Assembly: GCA_902495085.1 (NCBI GenBank)
Contig: CABUWA010000001.1
Span: forward strand, 1-51,587
Length of the DNA: 51,587 nt
Reading direction: 5' to 3'
From: an uncultured Collinsella sp.
GTDB lineage: Bacteria > Actinomycetota > Coriobacteriia > Coriobacteriales > Coriobacteriaceae
Shown: piece after piece, positions 20,343-33,474 of the stretch
Position numbering within the stretch: position 1 is the first letter of the stretch
How the letters are laid out: every line of letters starts with the position of its first letter
Notes under the pieces: model-generated
What the model was told of the DNA's origin: nothing
Databases searched by the model: none
The model's input: the letters and a program-made list of their open reading frames with translations, nothing else
Position numbers and translations under genes: made by a program

Positions 20343-22589
20343 GTGAGCGATACAAAGCTAAAGCCAGCAACCAAAAAGCCTGCTACCCGTAAAGCCGCCC
20401 CGCACGCGCCGGAGCTCACCAAAGACGATGTCTATCTGTTTGGCATCGGCACGTGGGAGCGCAGCTGGGAAAAGATGGGCGCGCACCCCGACACGCAGAA
20501 CCGTACGCGCGGCTGGCGTTTTTGCGTTTGGGCGCCCGACGTAAAGAGCGTTCACGTCATTGGCGAATTTAACGACTGGGATGAGCAAGCCAACCCGCTG
20601 GTGCCCGTGCATACGAGCGCTATTTGGGAAGGTTTTATTCCTGGCGCCGAGCAGGGCCAGCTCTATAAATATCTCATCGAGACCAACGAGGGCGAAAAGC
20701 TCTACAAGGCCGATCCGTACGCCTTTAAGGCAGAGTGCCCTCCGGGTACCGCCAGCGTGCTGTGGACCCTCGACGGCTACCAGTGGAACGACGCAGCTTG
20801 GCTCAAGCGCCGCGCCGGCCATAACCACATGTCGCAGCCCCTTAACATCTACGAGGTGCATATTGGCTCGTGGAAGCGCCACGGCGACGCGCCGCAGGGC
20901 GAGCCGGACGAGTACGGCAACTACCCCGGCCCCATGGATCCCTTCCCCGCGCAGCGCGGTGAGTTTTACACTTACGACGATCTGTCGGTGGAGCTCGTGG
21001 ACTACGTGCGCGACATGGGCTACACGCATATCGAGGTCATGCCGCTTATGGAGCATCCCTTCGACGGCTCCTGGGGCTATCAGACGACCGGCTACTATGC
21101 CGCCACGTCGCGCTACGGCAACCCGCAGCAGCTCATGCACTTTATCGATGCGTGCCACGAGGCAGGCATTGGCGTGATTATGGACTGGGTACCCGGCGGT
21201 TTTTGTGCTGACTCCCACGGCCTTGCCACCTTTAACGGCCACATGCTGTTTGAGCACGAGATTCACCCCAACTGGGGCACGCACAAGTTTGACTTCGCCC
21301 GCGGCGAGGTCCGCTCGTTCCTGGTCTCCAACGTGCTGTACTGGCTCGAGAACTTCCACGTGGACGGCATTCGCATGGACGGCGTGTCCAGCATGCTGTA
21401 CCTCAACTTTGGCATTGACGATCCCGGCCAAAAGAAGTTCAACAAGTACGGAACCGAGGAGGATCTGGACGCCAGCGCGTTTATCCGCCAGGTCAACTGC
21501 GCCGTTGAAGCGCACTACCCCGACGTGATGATGATGGCCGAGGAGTCCACCGCGTGGCCGCTCGTGACCTATCCGCCGCAGGACGGCGGCCTGGGCTTCC
21601 ACTACAAGTGGGACATGGGCTGGATGAACGACACACTGCACTACATGCAGACCGATTTTCCGTGGCGCCCCGGCAACCACGGCCTGCTTACGTTCTCCAT
21701 CATGTACGCCTTTACCGAGAACTTCATTTGCCCGCTGAGCCACGACGAGGTCGTGCACGGCAAGTGCTCGCTGATTGGCCGCATGCCGGGCGACTGGTGG
21801 CGCCAGTTTGCCGGCCTGCGCACGCTGGCCTTCTACCAGATGACGCACCCCGGTGCCAAGCTCAACTTTATGGGCAACGAGATCGGCCAGTTTATTGAAT
21901 GGCGCTACTACGAGTCCATTCAGTGGTTCCTGACCGAGGAGTATGAGACTCACAAGCATCATCAGGCGTTTATCAAGGCGCTCAACCACCTGTACACCGC
22001 CGAGCCCGCCCTGTACGAGCGCGGCTACACCGACGACGGCTTTACCTGGATCGACGCGGATAACTCCAAGCAGTCCTTCATGAGCTTTGTTCGTCAGGGC
22101 GAGGACGTCGATGACGACCTGGTAATCTTGATCAACTTTGACCCGGCGAGCTACGAGAGCTTCCGCGTGGGCGTGCCGCGCGAGGGAGACTGGGAGGTCA
22201 TCTTTGACTCCGACCGTCCCGAGTTTGGCGGCAGCGGCTATGCCGGCGAGGAGCCCTACACCTGCTCGAGCGAGCCCTATCCCTGGAACGGGCAGATGGA
22301 CTCTATCGAGATTAAGGTGCCCGGCCTGGCAGGCGTGGTGCTTAAGCGCCGCGGTCCCAGCAGCTATAAGCCGCCCGTGATCGAGGAGCCCAAGAAGACA
22401 ACGCGCAAGCGCACGTCCTCGGTAAAGCCCAAGGCAGCGGCTGCTAAGAAGGCTCCGGCCAAGGCGAAGGCCGCCAAGCCCGCTGCCAAGGCTTCGGCCA
22501 AGTCCGCCACGGCCAAAAAGGCAGCCACCAAAAAGGCTGCTGCCAAGGCCAAAACAGCTTCTGTTAAGACTCCTGCTAAGGATGCGTAA
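20343..22589 (+). CDS. glgB: 1,4-alpha-glucan branching enzyme with a Lys/Ala-rich C-terminal tail
   Basis: FCVWAP, IYEVH.GSW, EHPFDGSWGYQ, DGIRMDGV, AEESTAWP and LSHDEVVHGK motifs. The start is uncertain (ATG 20328/20331 or GTG 20343). Confidence 0.95.
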   Translation: MSDTKLKPATKKPATRKAAPHAPELTKDDVYLFGIGTWERSWEKMGAHPDTQNRTRGWRFCVWAPDVKSVHVIGEFNDWDEQANPLVPVHTSAIWEGFIPGAEQGQLYKYLIETNEGEKLYKADPYAFKAECPPGTASVLWTLDGYQWNDAAWLKRRAGHNHMSQPLNIYEVHIGSWKRHGDAPQGEPDEYGNYPGPMDPFPAQRGEFYTYDDLSVELVDYVRDMGYTHIEVMPLMEHPFDGSWGYQTTGYYAATSRYGNPQQLMHFIDACHEAGIGVIMDWVPGGFCADSHGLATFNGHMLFEHEIHPNWGTHKFDFARGEVRSFLVSNVLYWLENFHVDGIRMDGVSSMLYLNFGIDDPGQKKFNKYGTEEDLDASAFIRQVNCAVEAHYPDVMMMAEESTAWPLVTYPPQDGGLGFHYKWDMGWMNDTLHYMQTDFPWRPGNHGLLTFSIMYAFTENFICPLSHDEVVHGKCSLIGRMPGDWWRQFAGLRTLAFYQMTHPGAKLNFMGNEIGQFIEWRYYESIQWFLTEEYETHKHHQAFIKALNHLYTAEPALYERGYTDDGFTWIDADNSKQSFMSFVRQGEDVDDDLVILINFDPASYESFRVGVPREGDWEVIFDSDRPEFGGSGYAGEEPYTCSSEPYPWNGQMDSIEIKVPGLAGVVLKRRGPSSYKPPVIEEPKKTTRKRTSSVKPKAAAAKKAPAKAKAAKPAAKASAKSATAKKAATKKAAAKAKTASVKTPAKDA

Positions 22590-22681
22590 AAGAAGCGTTA
22601 CCACTGTAATTACCCGCCCCACCGGGGCGTAGGATGTAAGTCATAACCGTTCCGGGAGATATCCCCGGGGGAAAGGAACGT

Positions 22682-25108
22682 ATGAATAAGATCTTCGACA
22701 ACAAGCAGGAGTTTACTGAGCTCTATCGCGATGCAGTCATGAGCATCAGCGGCAAGAGCGTCGAGGCTGCCAGCGACCTCGACCGCTTTAACGCCCTGGC
22801 CAAGCTCGTGGCCGAGAAGGCCCGCACCGTTGCCACCAAGAGTGACGCCCGTGCGACAGCCGAGGGCAAGAAGCGCGTGTACTACTTCTCGATCGAGTTT
22901 TTGATCGGCCGCCTGCTCGACAACTACCTGCTCAACTTTGGCGTGCGCGACATGGTCGCCGAGGCGCTCGACGACATGGGCTTTGACCTGTCCGTCATCG
23001 AGAACCAGGAGCCCGATCCGGCGCTGGGCAACGGTGGCCTGGGCCGTCTGGCCGCATGCTTCCTGGATTCCATGGCAGCCGAGGGCATTGCCGGCTACGG
23101 CAACGGCATGCGCTACCGCTACGGCCTGTTTAAGCAGGAGATCGTCAACGGCAGCCAGGTCGAGGCCACCGACGAGTGGCTCACCCACGGCTATCCCTGG
23201 GAGGTCCGTCGTCAGGACAAGGCCGTGACCATTAAGTTTGGCGGTCACGTTGAGGGCTTTGAGGAGAACGGCCGCACGTTCTACCGCACGGTGGACACAC
23301 AGGATATCCTGGCCGTCCCTTATGACATCCCCGTCGTGGGCTATGCCGGCGAGACCGTCAACAAGCTGCGCGTATGGGCCGCCGAGCCGGTCGAGGAGCA
23401 CTTCGATCTGGAGGCCTTCAACCGCGGCGACTACGCCCTGGCCGATGCCGAGCGCGCCGAGGCCGAGGCCATCAGCGCCATCCTCTACCCCAACGACGCC
23501 GGCGAGCACGGCCGTCTGCTGCGCCTGAAGCAGGAGTACCTGTTTGTCTCGGCCGGCATCTACAGCCTGCTCGACACCTTTGAGAAGGAACACGGCGCCA
23601 ACTGGGAGCTGCTGCCGCAGTTTGTAGCCATCCATACCAACGATACCCACCCCGCCATGTGCGGCCCCGAGCTCATGCGTATCCTCATCGACGAGAAGAA
23701 GCTCGAGTGGGACGACGCCTGGAACATCGTGACGCAGGTCGTGAGCTACACCAACCACACCATCCTGCCCGAGGCTCTGGAGAAGTGGCCCATCGGCACG
23801 TTCTCCAAGCTCCTCCCCCGCGTGTACCAGATCATCGACGAGATCAGCCGTCGTTGGCACGAGTCGTTCGACACCACGCAGGAGGGCTGGCAGGAGCGTC
23901 TGCGCCAGACCGCCATTCTGTGGGACGGCGAGATTCGCATGGCCAACCTGTCTGTGATCTGCAGCCATAGCGTCAACGGCGTGGCAAAGATCCACTCCGA
24001 CATCATCAAGAACATCGTGCTCAAGGACTTCTATGCCCTTACGCCCGAGAAGTTCAACAACAAGACCAACGGCATCTCGCACCGTCGCTTCTTTGCCGAG
24101 GCCAACCCCACCTATGCCAAGCTCGTGACCGAGGCCATTGGCGACAGCTGGCTTAAGGACGCTTTTGAGCTTGAGAAGCTTAAAAGTTTCCAGAACGACA
24201 CCGAGTTCCTGAAGGCCGTGGGTGCCTCCAAGCGCGCCAACAAGGAGCGCCTGGCCGCCTACGTTAAGGCCGAGACCGGTCTGGTCATCGACCCCAACAC
24301 CGTCTTCGACGTTCAGGTGAAGCGCTTCCACGCCTACAAGCGACAGCTCATGAACATCATGAAGGTGATGGACATCTACAACCGTCGCATCGCCGATCCC
24401 AACTTCCACGTGACGCCGACGACCTTCATCTTTAGCGGCAAGGCTGCCTCGAGCTACACCTTCGCTAAGGAGACCATCCGCCTCATTAACTCCGTGGCCG
24501 ACGTCATCAACAACGACGCCCGCGTGAACGAGGTCATGAAGGTCTGCTTTATCCCCAACTTCCGCGTGAGCAACGCCCAGCTCATCTACCCCGCCGCCGA
24601 GATTTCGGAACAGATCTCCACGGCCGGCAAGGAGGCCTCGGGCACGTCCAACATGAAGCTCATGATGAACGGCGCCATTACGCTGGGCACCCTCGACGGC
24701 GCCAACATCGAGATCGCCGACCTGGCCGGTCGCGAGAACGAGGCCATCTTTGGCCTGACCGCCCCCGAGGTCGAGCAGCTCTGGGCATCCAACAGCTACT
24801 TTGCGTGGGATACCCTCAACGGCGACCGTGAGCGCCTGGGCCGCGTGATGGACGAGCTCAAAGACAACACCTTTGCGGGTCTTTCGGGCAACTTCGAGAG
24901 CATCTACAACGAGCTCATGAACAACAACGACCCCGACCTGGTCATGGCAGACTTCCGCAGCTACGTGGATGCATGGGAAAAGCTCACGGGCAGCTACGGC
25001 GACCATGAGACCTGGAACCGCAAGGCCCTGCTCAACACCGCCTCGAGCGGCTGGTTCTCGAGCGACCGCACCATTCGCGAGTACCGCGACGAGATCTGGC
25101 ACGCGTAA
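22682..25108 (+). CDS. glgP: Glycogen/maltodextrin phosphorylase
   Basis: LGNGGLGRLAACFLDS, NDTHP and EASGTSNMK (PLP lysine) motifs. Confidence 0.97.
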   Translation: MNKIFDNKQEFTELYRDAVMSISGKSVEAASDLDRFNALAKLVAEKARTVATKSDARATAEGKKRVYYFSIEFLIGRLLDNYLLNFGVRDMVAEALDDMGFDLSVIENQEPDPALGNGGLGRLAACFLDSMAAEGIAGYGNGMRYRYGLFKQEIVNGSQVEATDEWLTHGYPWEVRRQDKAVTIKFGGHVEGFEENGRTFYRTVDTQDILAVPYDIPVVGYAGETVNKLRVWAAEPVEEHFDLEAFNRGDYALADAERAEAEAISAILYPNDAGEHGRLLRLKQEYLFVSAGIYSLLDTFEKEHGANWELLPQFVAIHTNDTHPAMCGPELMRILIDEKKLEWDDAWNIVTQVVSYTNHTILPEALEKWPIGTFSKLLPRVYQIIDEISRRWHESFDTTQEGWQERLRQTAILWDGEIRMANLSVICSHSVNGVAKIHSDIIKNIVLKDFYALTPEKFNNKTNGISHRRFFAEANPTYAKLVTEAIGDSWLKDAFELEKLKSFQNDTEFLKAVGASKRANKERLAAYVKAETGLVIDPNTVFDVQVKRFHAYKRQLMNIMKVMDIYNRRIADPNFHVTPTTFIFSGKAASSYTFAKETIRLINSVADVINNDARVNEVMKVCFIPNFRVSNAQLIYPAAEISEQISTAGKEASGTSNMKLMMNGAITLGTLDGANIEIADLAGRENEAIFGLTAPEVEQLWASNSYFAWDTLNGDRERLGRVMDELKDNTFAGLSGNFESIYNELMNNNDPDLVMADFRSYVDAWEKLTGSYGDHETWNRKALLNTASSGWFSSDRTIREYRDEIWHA

Positions 25109-25216
25109 AAGCGCGCGAGCTCCCCTATGCCAGCACGGCATTACTCGACGGGCGCGACCGAGCGCTGCGCCCGTCGCTAATGGGTTTAGGAACATCGATG
25201 ACAGAAGGAGAAATCG

Positions 25217-26365
25217 ATGAGTAAGAAAGAATGCATCGCGATGCTCCTCGCAGGAGGACAGGGCAGCCGATTGGGGGCACTCACCCAAAAGATCGCCAAG
25301 CCGGCGGTTAGCTTTGGTGGCAAGTTCCGCATTATCGACTTTTCGCTGTCCAACTGCTCCAACTCGGGCATCGACACGGTGGGCGTTCTGACGCAGTATC
25401 GTCCCTACCTGCTGCATGCCTACGTGGGCTCCGGCGAGGCGTGGGATCTGGACAGCCGCGACGGCGGCGTGTCGATCCTGCCGCCGTACGAGACGCAGAC
25501 CGGTGGCGCCTGGTATGCGGGCACGGCCGACGCCATTACGCAGAACCTCGACTACATCAAGGCCAACGACCCCAAGTACGTCCTGATTCTTTCGGGCGAT
25601 CACCTGTATCGCATGGACTACCGCAAGATGCTCAAGACGCACATTGAGAACAACGCCGACCTCACGGTGAGCGTTATGCCCGTGCCTTGGGAGGAGGCCA
25701 GCCGCTTTGGCATCCTGACCACCGACCCCGAGGACGGCCGCATCACCAAGTTCACCGAGAAGCCCGATAAGCCCGATTCGAACCTCGCCTCCATGGGCAT
25801 CTACATCTTCTCGGCCGACGTGCTGATCGAGGCGCTCGAGGAGGACGCTCTGGACCAGCGCTCGAGCCACGACTTTGGCAAGGATATCATCCCCAAGCTG
25901 CTCGGCGAGAACAAGCGCCTGTACAGCTACGAGTTCCACGGCTTCTGGAAGGACGTTGGCACCATCGCCAGCTTCCACGAGACCTCGATGGACCTGCTGG
26001 GCAACAACCCCGAGTTCGATCTGTTCGACAAGCACTTCCCCATCATGTCTAACATCACCACGCGACCGCCGCACTACATTGGCCCGGACGGCCGCCTGGA
26101 CGACTGCCTGGTCTCCAACGGCTGCAAGATCTACGGCACCGCTCGCCACTCGATCCTTTCGACCGATGTCATCATCGAGGAGCGCGCCGTGGTCGAGGAC
26201 TCCGTGCTGCTGCCGGGTGCGCACGTTAAGAGCGGCGCGCACATCTGCCGCGCTATTTTGGGCGAGAACTCCACGGTCGAAGAGGGCGTGAAGCTCGGCT
26301 CTGTCGATACCACCAAGGATACGGCCGTCGTTGGAAATGACGTCGTTATCGGGAAGGGGGAATGA
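25217..26365 (+). CDS. glgC: Glucose-1-phosphate adenylyltransferase
   Basis: [36 protein letters not shown] and ASMGIYIF motifs. Confidence 0.97.
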   Translation: MSKKECIAMLLAGGQGSRLGALTQKIAKPAVSFGGKFRIIDFSLSNCSNSGIDTVGVLTQYRPYLLHAYVGSGEAWDLDSRDGGVSILPPYETQTGGAWYAGTADAITQNLDYIKANDPKYVLILSGDHLYRMDYRKMLKTHIENNADLTVSVMPVPWEEASRFGILTTDPEDGRITKFTEKPDKPDSNLASMGIYIFSADVLIEALEEDALDQRSSHDFGKDIIPKLLGENKRLYSYEFHGFWKDVGTIASFHETSMDLLGNNPEFDLFDKHFPIMSNITTRPPHYIGPDGRLDDCLVSNGCKIYGTARHSILSTDVIIEERAVVEDSVLLPGAHVKSGAHICRAILGENSTVEEGVKLGSVDTTKDTAVVGNDVVIGKGE

Positions 26366-26369
26366 TCCG

Positions 26370-27497
26370 ATGATCAATCGCAAGGCCATCGGTTATATCA
26401 CCGCTAACTACTCTTCGACCTACGGCAGCGTGCTGCTCAAGGACCGCCCCATCGCGTCCGTTCCGTTTTTGGGCCGCTATCGCCTGATCGACTTCCCGCT
26501 GTCCAACATGATGAATGCCGGCATTAAGACCGTCGGCGTCGTCATGCCGGGCAACTACCGCTCGCTGATCGACCATGTGGGCTCGGGCAAGGACTGGGGC
26601 CTGGACCGCAAGAAGGGCGGCCTGTTTATGGTGCCCGGCAACGCGTATGGCACCACCAAGGGCGGCATGCGCTTCTTGCTGCGCGACATCATCTCCAACA
26701 AGACGCTGTTCCAGCGCTCGGACAAGCCCTATGTTGTGATGATGGGCACCAACATCATCTTCAATATGGACCTCAACACCATCATCGACGCGCACGAGAA
26801 CTCCGGTGCCCAGATGACCGTGGTGTACTGCAAGGCCACGCACAACGTCGATGACGAGACCAAACTCGAAATTAACGAGAACGGTCGCCTGACGGGCGTG
26901 AGCGCCGGCGTCGTGTACGGCGACAACGCCTCTATGGACTGCTGCATCGTCAACCGCGAGACGCTACTCGAGATCATCGACCACTACCAGGCCGCCGACT
27001 ATCTGGACCTGCTCGAGGCACTCCAGGGCGACTTTGGCAACATCGACGTGTGCAGCTACGAGTACAAGGGCGAGGTCGTGGGCGTATTTAGCGAGAGGTC
27101 GCTGTATCGCCGCAGCATGGACCTGCTCGACCAGACCGTGGCCGACCAGCTCTTTGACCCCGAGCGCCCGATCCTGACCAAGGCTCACGACGTGCCGCCT
27201 TCGCGCTACGCGACCGGTAGCCACGCCTGCAACTCGATCATCTCGGCCGGCTGCATCATCAAGGGCACCGTGCGCAACTCGATCCTGTCGCGCGGCGTCG
27301 TGGTCGAGGAAGGCGCCTCGGTGACCAACTCGATCATCAACCAGAGCTGCGTCATCAAGAGCGGCGCCCGCGTTGAGAATGCCATCCTGGACAAGAACAA
27401 CGTGGTTCCCACCAACACCGAGCTTCGCGGCACGCCCGAGAACATCCTGGTGCTGGGAAAGGCCCCGTTAACTTCTGATATCACCAACGCGAGCTAG
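26370..27497 (+). CDS. glgD: Glucose-1-phosphate adenylyltransferase subunit GlgD
   Basis: RPIASVPFLGRYRLIDFPLSNM and HVGSGKDWGLDRK motifs. It lacks the GlgC GGxGxRL loop and directly follows glgC. Confidence 0.92.
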   Translation: MINRKAIGYITANYSSTYGSVLLKDRPIASVPFLGRYRLIDFPLSNMMNAGIKTVGVVMPGNYRSLIDHVGSGKDWGLDRKKGGLFMVPGNAYGTTKGGMRFLLRDIISNKTLFQRSDKPYVVMMGTNIIFNMDLNTIIDAHENSGAQMTVVYCKATHNVDDETKLEINENGRLTGVSAGVVYGDNASMDCCIVNRETLLEIIDHYQAADYLDLLEALQGDFGNIDVCSYEYKGEVVGVFSERSLYRRSMDLLDQTVADQLFDPERPILTKAHDVPPSRYATGSHACNSIISAGCIIKGTVRNSILSRGVVVEEGASVTNSIINQSCVIKSGARVENAILDKNNVVPTNTELRGTPENILVLGKAPLTSDITNAS

Positions 27498-27528
27498 CTT
27501 TGGCACCGCAACATCGCTCGTAACACGT

Positions 27529-27564
27529 AGAATAGCCGCCCGGTTAGCGCCAGGCGGCTATTCT
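27529..27564. terminator. Hairpin between glgD and glgA (terminator or stability element)
   Basis: 12-bp stem AGAATAGCCGCC...GGCGGCTATTCT with a weak U tail. Confidence 0.5.
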
Positions 27565-27587
27565 CGAATTGCAACATGGGAGACAAT

Positions 27588-29873
<2,286 letters not shown>

Positions 29874-29907
29874 TCCAGACGATCCAAAACCTCATCAAAC
29901 CCTAAGC

Positions 29908-29937
29908 AAGGGGCGCTCCAACCGGGCGCCCCTTCTC
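29908..29937 (+). terminator. Probable terminator after glgA
   Basis: AAGGGGCGC-TCCAACCGG-GCGCCCCTT followed by CTCTGTT. Confidence 0.65.
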
Positions 29938-30089
29938 TGTTAATAGTTGGTAAAACGATTTTCTAGGACAACCGTTCGCCGATGGTAAACGGATGTTGTT
30001 TATACAGCCTGTGTACAACAGATATACTTATATCCTGTGCGTAAAGCCCATGTCCCGCACGCCATGATTGTATAGAACTGGACCATACT

Positions 30090-33000
30090 ATGAGATTGAC
30101 ACACAACAGCCGCCTGCCGCAGTTTCGCACTCCGTTTGGCGCTGTGACCACTGGTACTTCCGTTTCGCTCTCGGTGATTTTGGAGGATGCCGACCCCAAC
30201 CAGGCAACGCTTACGCTGCGAACCTGGGTCGATGAGATTGGTGAGTCTCGATATCCCATGACGCATGAGGGCGACGGCATATTTAGCGTAGAGCTTAAGT
30301 GCACCGAGCCCTGTCTTATCTGGTACAGCTTTATCTGCAATATCGAAGGCCAGCCCGAGGTCCGCTTGGGCGCACCGCAAGGACGCACCGGCGGCGAAGG
30401 CGTAACCTACAACTACGCCGAGGTGCCGTCATTCCAGGTCACCGTTTACAAACACCGTGAGAACCGTCCCACCTGGTACGAGCGCGGTATGGTCTACCAG
30501 ATCTTCCCCGATCGCTATGCCCGCGACGAGCACTGGCGCGAGCGCACACTGGCCGAGGTCGAAAAACCGCGTAAGGGCATTCAGCGCCGCATGGTCGAGG
30601 ACTGGAACGAACCGCCCGAGTACGAGCGTGCCGAAGACGGCTCCATCAAGACCTGGGATTTTTACGGCGGCTCACTCAAGGGTATCCAAAATGACCTGCC
30701 CCGCATCGCTGAGCTGGGCTTTACAGCTATCTACCTCAACCCCATATTTGAAGCCGTGAGCAACCACCGCTACGACACCGCCGATTACACCAAGATTGAT
30801 CCGATTCTGGGCACCGAGCAAGACTTTACGGAGTTGTGCAAGGCGGCCGAGAAGCTAGGCATTTCCATCATTCTGGACGGTGTGTTCAACCACACGGGCG
30901 ACGATTCGATCTACTTCAACCGCTACGGCAACTACCCCGGCGTGGGCGCGTGGCAAAGCGAGGATTCGCCGTGGCGCGATGCGTTTTATTTCCACGAGGA
31001 CGGCTCGTACGACTGCTGGTGGGGTGTGGGCAATATGCCCGCCATTAATGAGAGCTCCGAACTGGTACGCGAGCGGCTCCTGGGCAAGGACGGAGTCATT
31101 CGTAAATGGCTGCGCGCCGGCGCTCACGGCTGGCGCCTCGATGTGGCCGACGAGCTTTCCGATGACTTCCTGACCGAGATTAAGAAGGCAGTACTTGCCG
31201 AAAAGCCTGACGCACTGTTGCTCGGCGAAGTCTGGGAAGATGCCTCCAACAAGATCAGCTACGGCCATCTGCGTCGCTATCTGCAAGGCTCCGAGCTCGA
31301 CTCGGCCATGGATTACCCCTTCCGCGACATGGTCATCGGCTTTTTGATGGGCTACAAAAACGCCTACCAAGCTGCCGAGGATATCGAGACCCTACGCGAG
31401 AACTATCCGCGTGAGGCCCTGTCTTGCGCACTCAACCTGCTGTCGAGCCACGACCGTCCGCGCATTATCTCGGTGCTCGGCGGCGGCCCCGACGAGTCGC
31501 AGCTGCCCGAGTGCGAGCGCAGCAAGTGGCGCCTGGACGAGAACGCGATGGGCCTGGCCAAGAGCCGTTTTTGGCTCGCGACGCTCATGCAGATGACGTT
31601 CCCGGGCGTTCCCTCGATCTATTATGGCGACGAGTACGGCTTGGAGGGTCTCACCGATCCGGGCAATCGTCGCACCATGCCGACCAAGGAAGACCTGCAC
31701 GACTTCGATACGTTCGCGATCGTAAAGAACGCATCTGCTGTGCGCCGCGCGCTGCCGTTTATGGTTGACGGCGAGATAAAGGCCTTCGCGCTCAACGACG
31801 AGGTACTCGCCTATACGCGCACCGGTAAAGACGGTGAGGCCGCAACGGTTATCATCAACCGCAGTCTGCGCAATTCGCATCGCGTGACCATTCCGGCGCT
31901 CGGCGAATGCGCGAGCGATGTGATTAGCGGTCATGAGTGCGAGATCCACAACGGTACAGTCACGCTCGATCTGTATCCGCTGGGCTCGTCGATCATCTAT
32001 CACCATGCCGAGCAGCGCCTGCAGGAGCCGCTCGATCACGGTGCGGGTGTTGTGTGCCATATCACATCGGTGCCGACCGACGACGGCAAGCCCGGTACGA
32101 TCGGCGCGCCCACGCGTCGTTTTATCGACCATCTGGCCGCTATGGGTATGCGCTACTGGCAGGTTCTCCCCGTCAACCCCACGGACTTCTTCCGCTCCCC
32201 TTACGCCGGTCCTTCGGCCTTTGCAGGCAATATCGACCTGCTGCCCGAAAGTCACGAGGAGCTGGCCGCCGACTTTGCTGTCTGGAAGACCCGCGGCGGC
32301 GAGGATGCCGATCCGCTGTACACGGCGTTTAAACATCGCAATGCCGATTGGCTCGAGAAGTACTGCGTCTACATGGCCGTTAAGAAGTACTTTAAGGGCG
32401 AGTCGCGCCACGATTGGCCGGCAGATGTCGCGCGCTACAACGAGCATCTGATCGACGACAAGCGCTTCCACAACGAGGCCGAGCTTCAGGCGTACATGCA
32501 GTACCGCTTTGACCTAGCTTGGTGCGAGCTCATGAACTATGCGCACAAGAAGGGCATCGAGGTTATCGGCGATATTCCTATGTACGTGTCCGACGATTCG
32601 GCGGATGCGTGGAGCGAACCCGAGAACTTCTGGCTGTCCGATACCGGCAAGGCGATTGAGATTTCCGGCGCGCCGCCCGACAACTTTGCACCCGAGGGCC
32701 AGGTGTGGGGCAACCCGACGTTCCGCTGGGACCACATGAAGCAGAACGGCTATAACTGGTGGATGGATCGCCTGCGTCGCGCGTTTTCACTCTACGACCG
32801 TGTGCGCCTGGATCACTTCCTGGGATTCCACAGCTACTTTAGCATTCCCGCGGGCAAGGCCTGCGCCGACGGGCGTTGGCTGGCAGGCCCGGGCAAGGAC
32901 CTTTTCCAGACCGCCTATGACGAGCTGGGTCCGCTCAACTTTATCGCCGAGGACTTGGGCTATTTGACACCCGGTGTTCGCGCCATGGCTTCGACCTGTG

Positions 33001-33386
33001 GTTTCCCCGGCATGGACGTGCTGGAGTTTAGCGATTACGACGTCCGTTGCGGCGTGCACCCCACACCAGGAAAGATCCTGTACACCTCGACGCACGATAC
33101 GTCGACGCTGGCCGGTTGGTGCACGCGTTCCTTTGCGGGCGGCGATGAGCCGAGCGGTGTTGAGGTGGCGGCCAAGCTGATGAGCGACGCGCTGGCTAGC
33201 GACGCTCCCCTGGTGATGATGCCGCTGCAGGATGTCCTGGGGCTTGGCGACGACGCACGTATGAACGTGCCGGGCGTGGCCACGGGCAACTGGACCTGGC
33301 AGGCTGACGAAGCGGACATTGCAGCCGCCGAGGACAAAACCGCACAGCTCCTGCGCAACAACCATAGATTCTGGGGCGAAGCGTGA
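30090..33386 (+). CDS. malQ: Fusion of a GH13 (neopullulanase/amylopullulanase-like) domain and a GH77 4-alpha-glucanotransferase
   Basis: The N-part has VYQIFPDR, NHRYDT.DY, LDGVFNH, GWRLDVA, GEVWE and SSHD. The C-part has WQVLP, SPY, GDIP.YV..DSAD, GQVWGNP, RLDHFLGF, AEDLG, THD and MNVPG...GNW. Confidence 0.9.
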   Translation: MRLTHNSRLPQFRTPFGAVTTGTSVSLSVILEDADPNQATLTLRTWVDEIGESRYPMTHEGDGIFSVELKCTEPCLIWYSFICNIEGQPEVRLGAPQGRTGGEGVTYNYAEVPSFQVTVYKHRENRPTWYERGMVYQIFPDRYARDEHWRERTLAEVEKPRKGIQRRMVEDWNEPPEYERAEDGSIKTWDFYGGSLKGIQNDLPRIAELGFTAIYLNPIFEAVSNHRYDTADYTKIDPILGTEQDFTELCKAAEKLGISIILDGVFNHTGDDSIYFNRYGNYPGVGAWQSEDSPWRDAFYFHEDGSYDCWWGVGNMPAINESSELVRERLLGKDGVIRKWLRAGAHGWRLDVADELSDDFLTEIKKAVLAEKPDALLLGEVWEDASNKISYGHLRRYLQGSELDSAMDYPFRDMVIGFLMGYKNAYQAAEDIETLRENYPREALSCALNLLSSHDRPRIISVLGGGPDESQLPECERSKWRLDENAMGLAKSRFWLATLMQMTFPGVPSIYYGDEYGLEGLTDPGNRRTMPTKEDLHDFDTFAIVKNASAVRRALPFMVDGEIKAFALNDEVLAYTRTGKDGEAATVIINRSLRNSHRVTIPALGECASDVISGHECEIHNGTVTLDLYPLGSSIIYHHAEQRLQEPLDHGAGVVCHITSVPTDDGKPGTIGAPTRRFIDHLAAMGMRYWQVLPVNPTDFFRSPYAGPSAFAGNIDLLPESHEELAADFAVWKTRGGEDADPLYTAFKHRNADWLEKYCVYMAVKKYFKGESRHDWPADVARYNEHLIDDKRFHNEAELQAYMQYRFDLAWCELMNYAHKKGIEVIGDIPMYVSDDSADAWSEPENFWLSDTGKAIEISGAPPDNFAPEGQVWGNPTFRWDHMKQNGYNWWMDRLRRAFSLYDRVRLDHFLGFHSYFSIPAGKACADGRWLAGPGKDLFQTAYDELGPLNFIAEDLGYLTPGVRAMASTCGFPGMDVLEFSDYDVRCGVHPTPGKILYTSTHDTSTLAGWCTRSFAGGDEPSGVEVAAKLMSDALASDAPLVMMPLQDVLGLGDDARMNVPGVATGNWTWQADEADIAAAEDKTAQLLRNNHRFWGEA

Positions 33387-33474
33387 AAAAACCCCCGATA
33401 TAGGGTACAGTTACAGACGTTTGAATTTTTGCGGGCAGAGTAATCTGCCCGCTTTGTGCTGAAAAGGAAGTATT

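Noticed and set aside
22610..26389. Very long antisense ORFs (1259 aa here; also 20358-22622, 12425-13957, 39415-41052, 147-848, 28961-29863)
   Set aside because: They mirror well-supported genes on the other strand, as expected with high GC3 codon usage, and have no motifs of their own.
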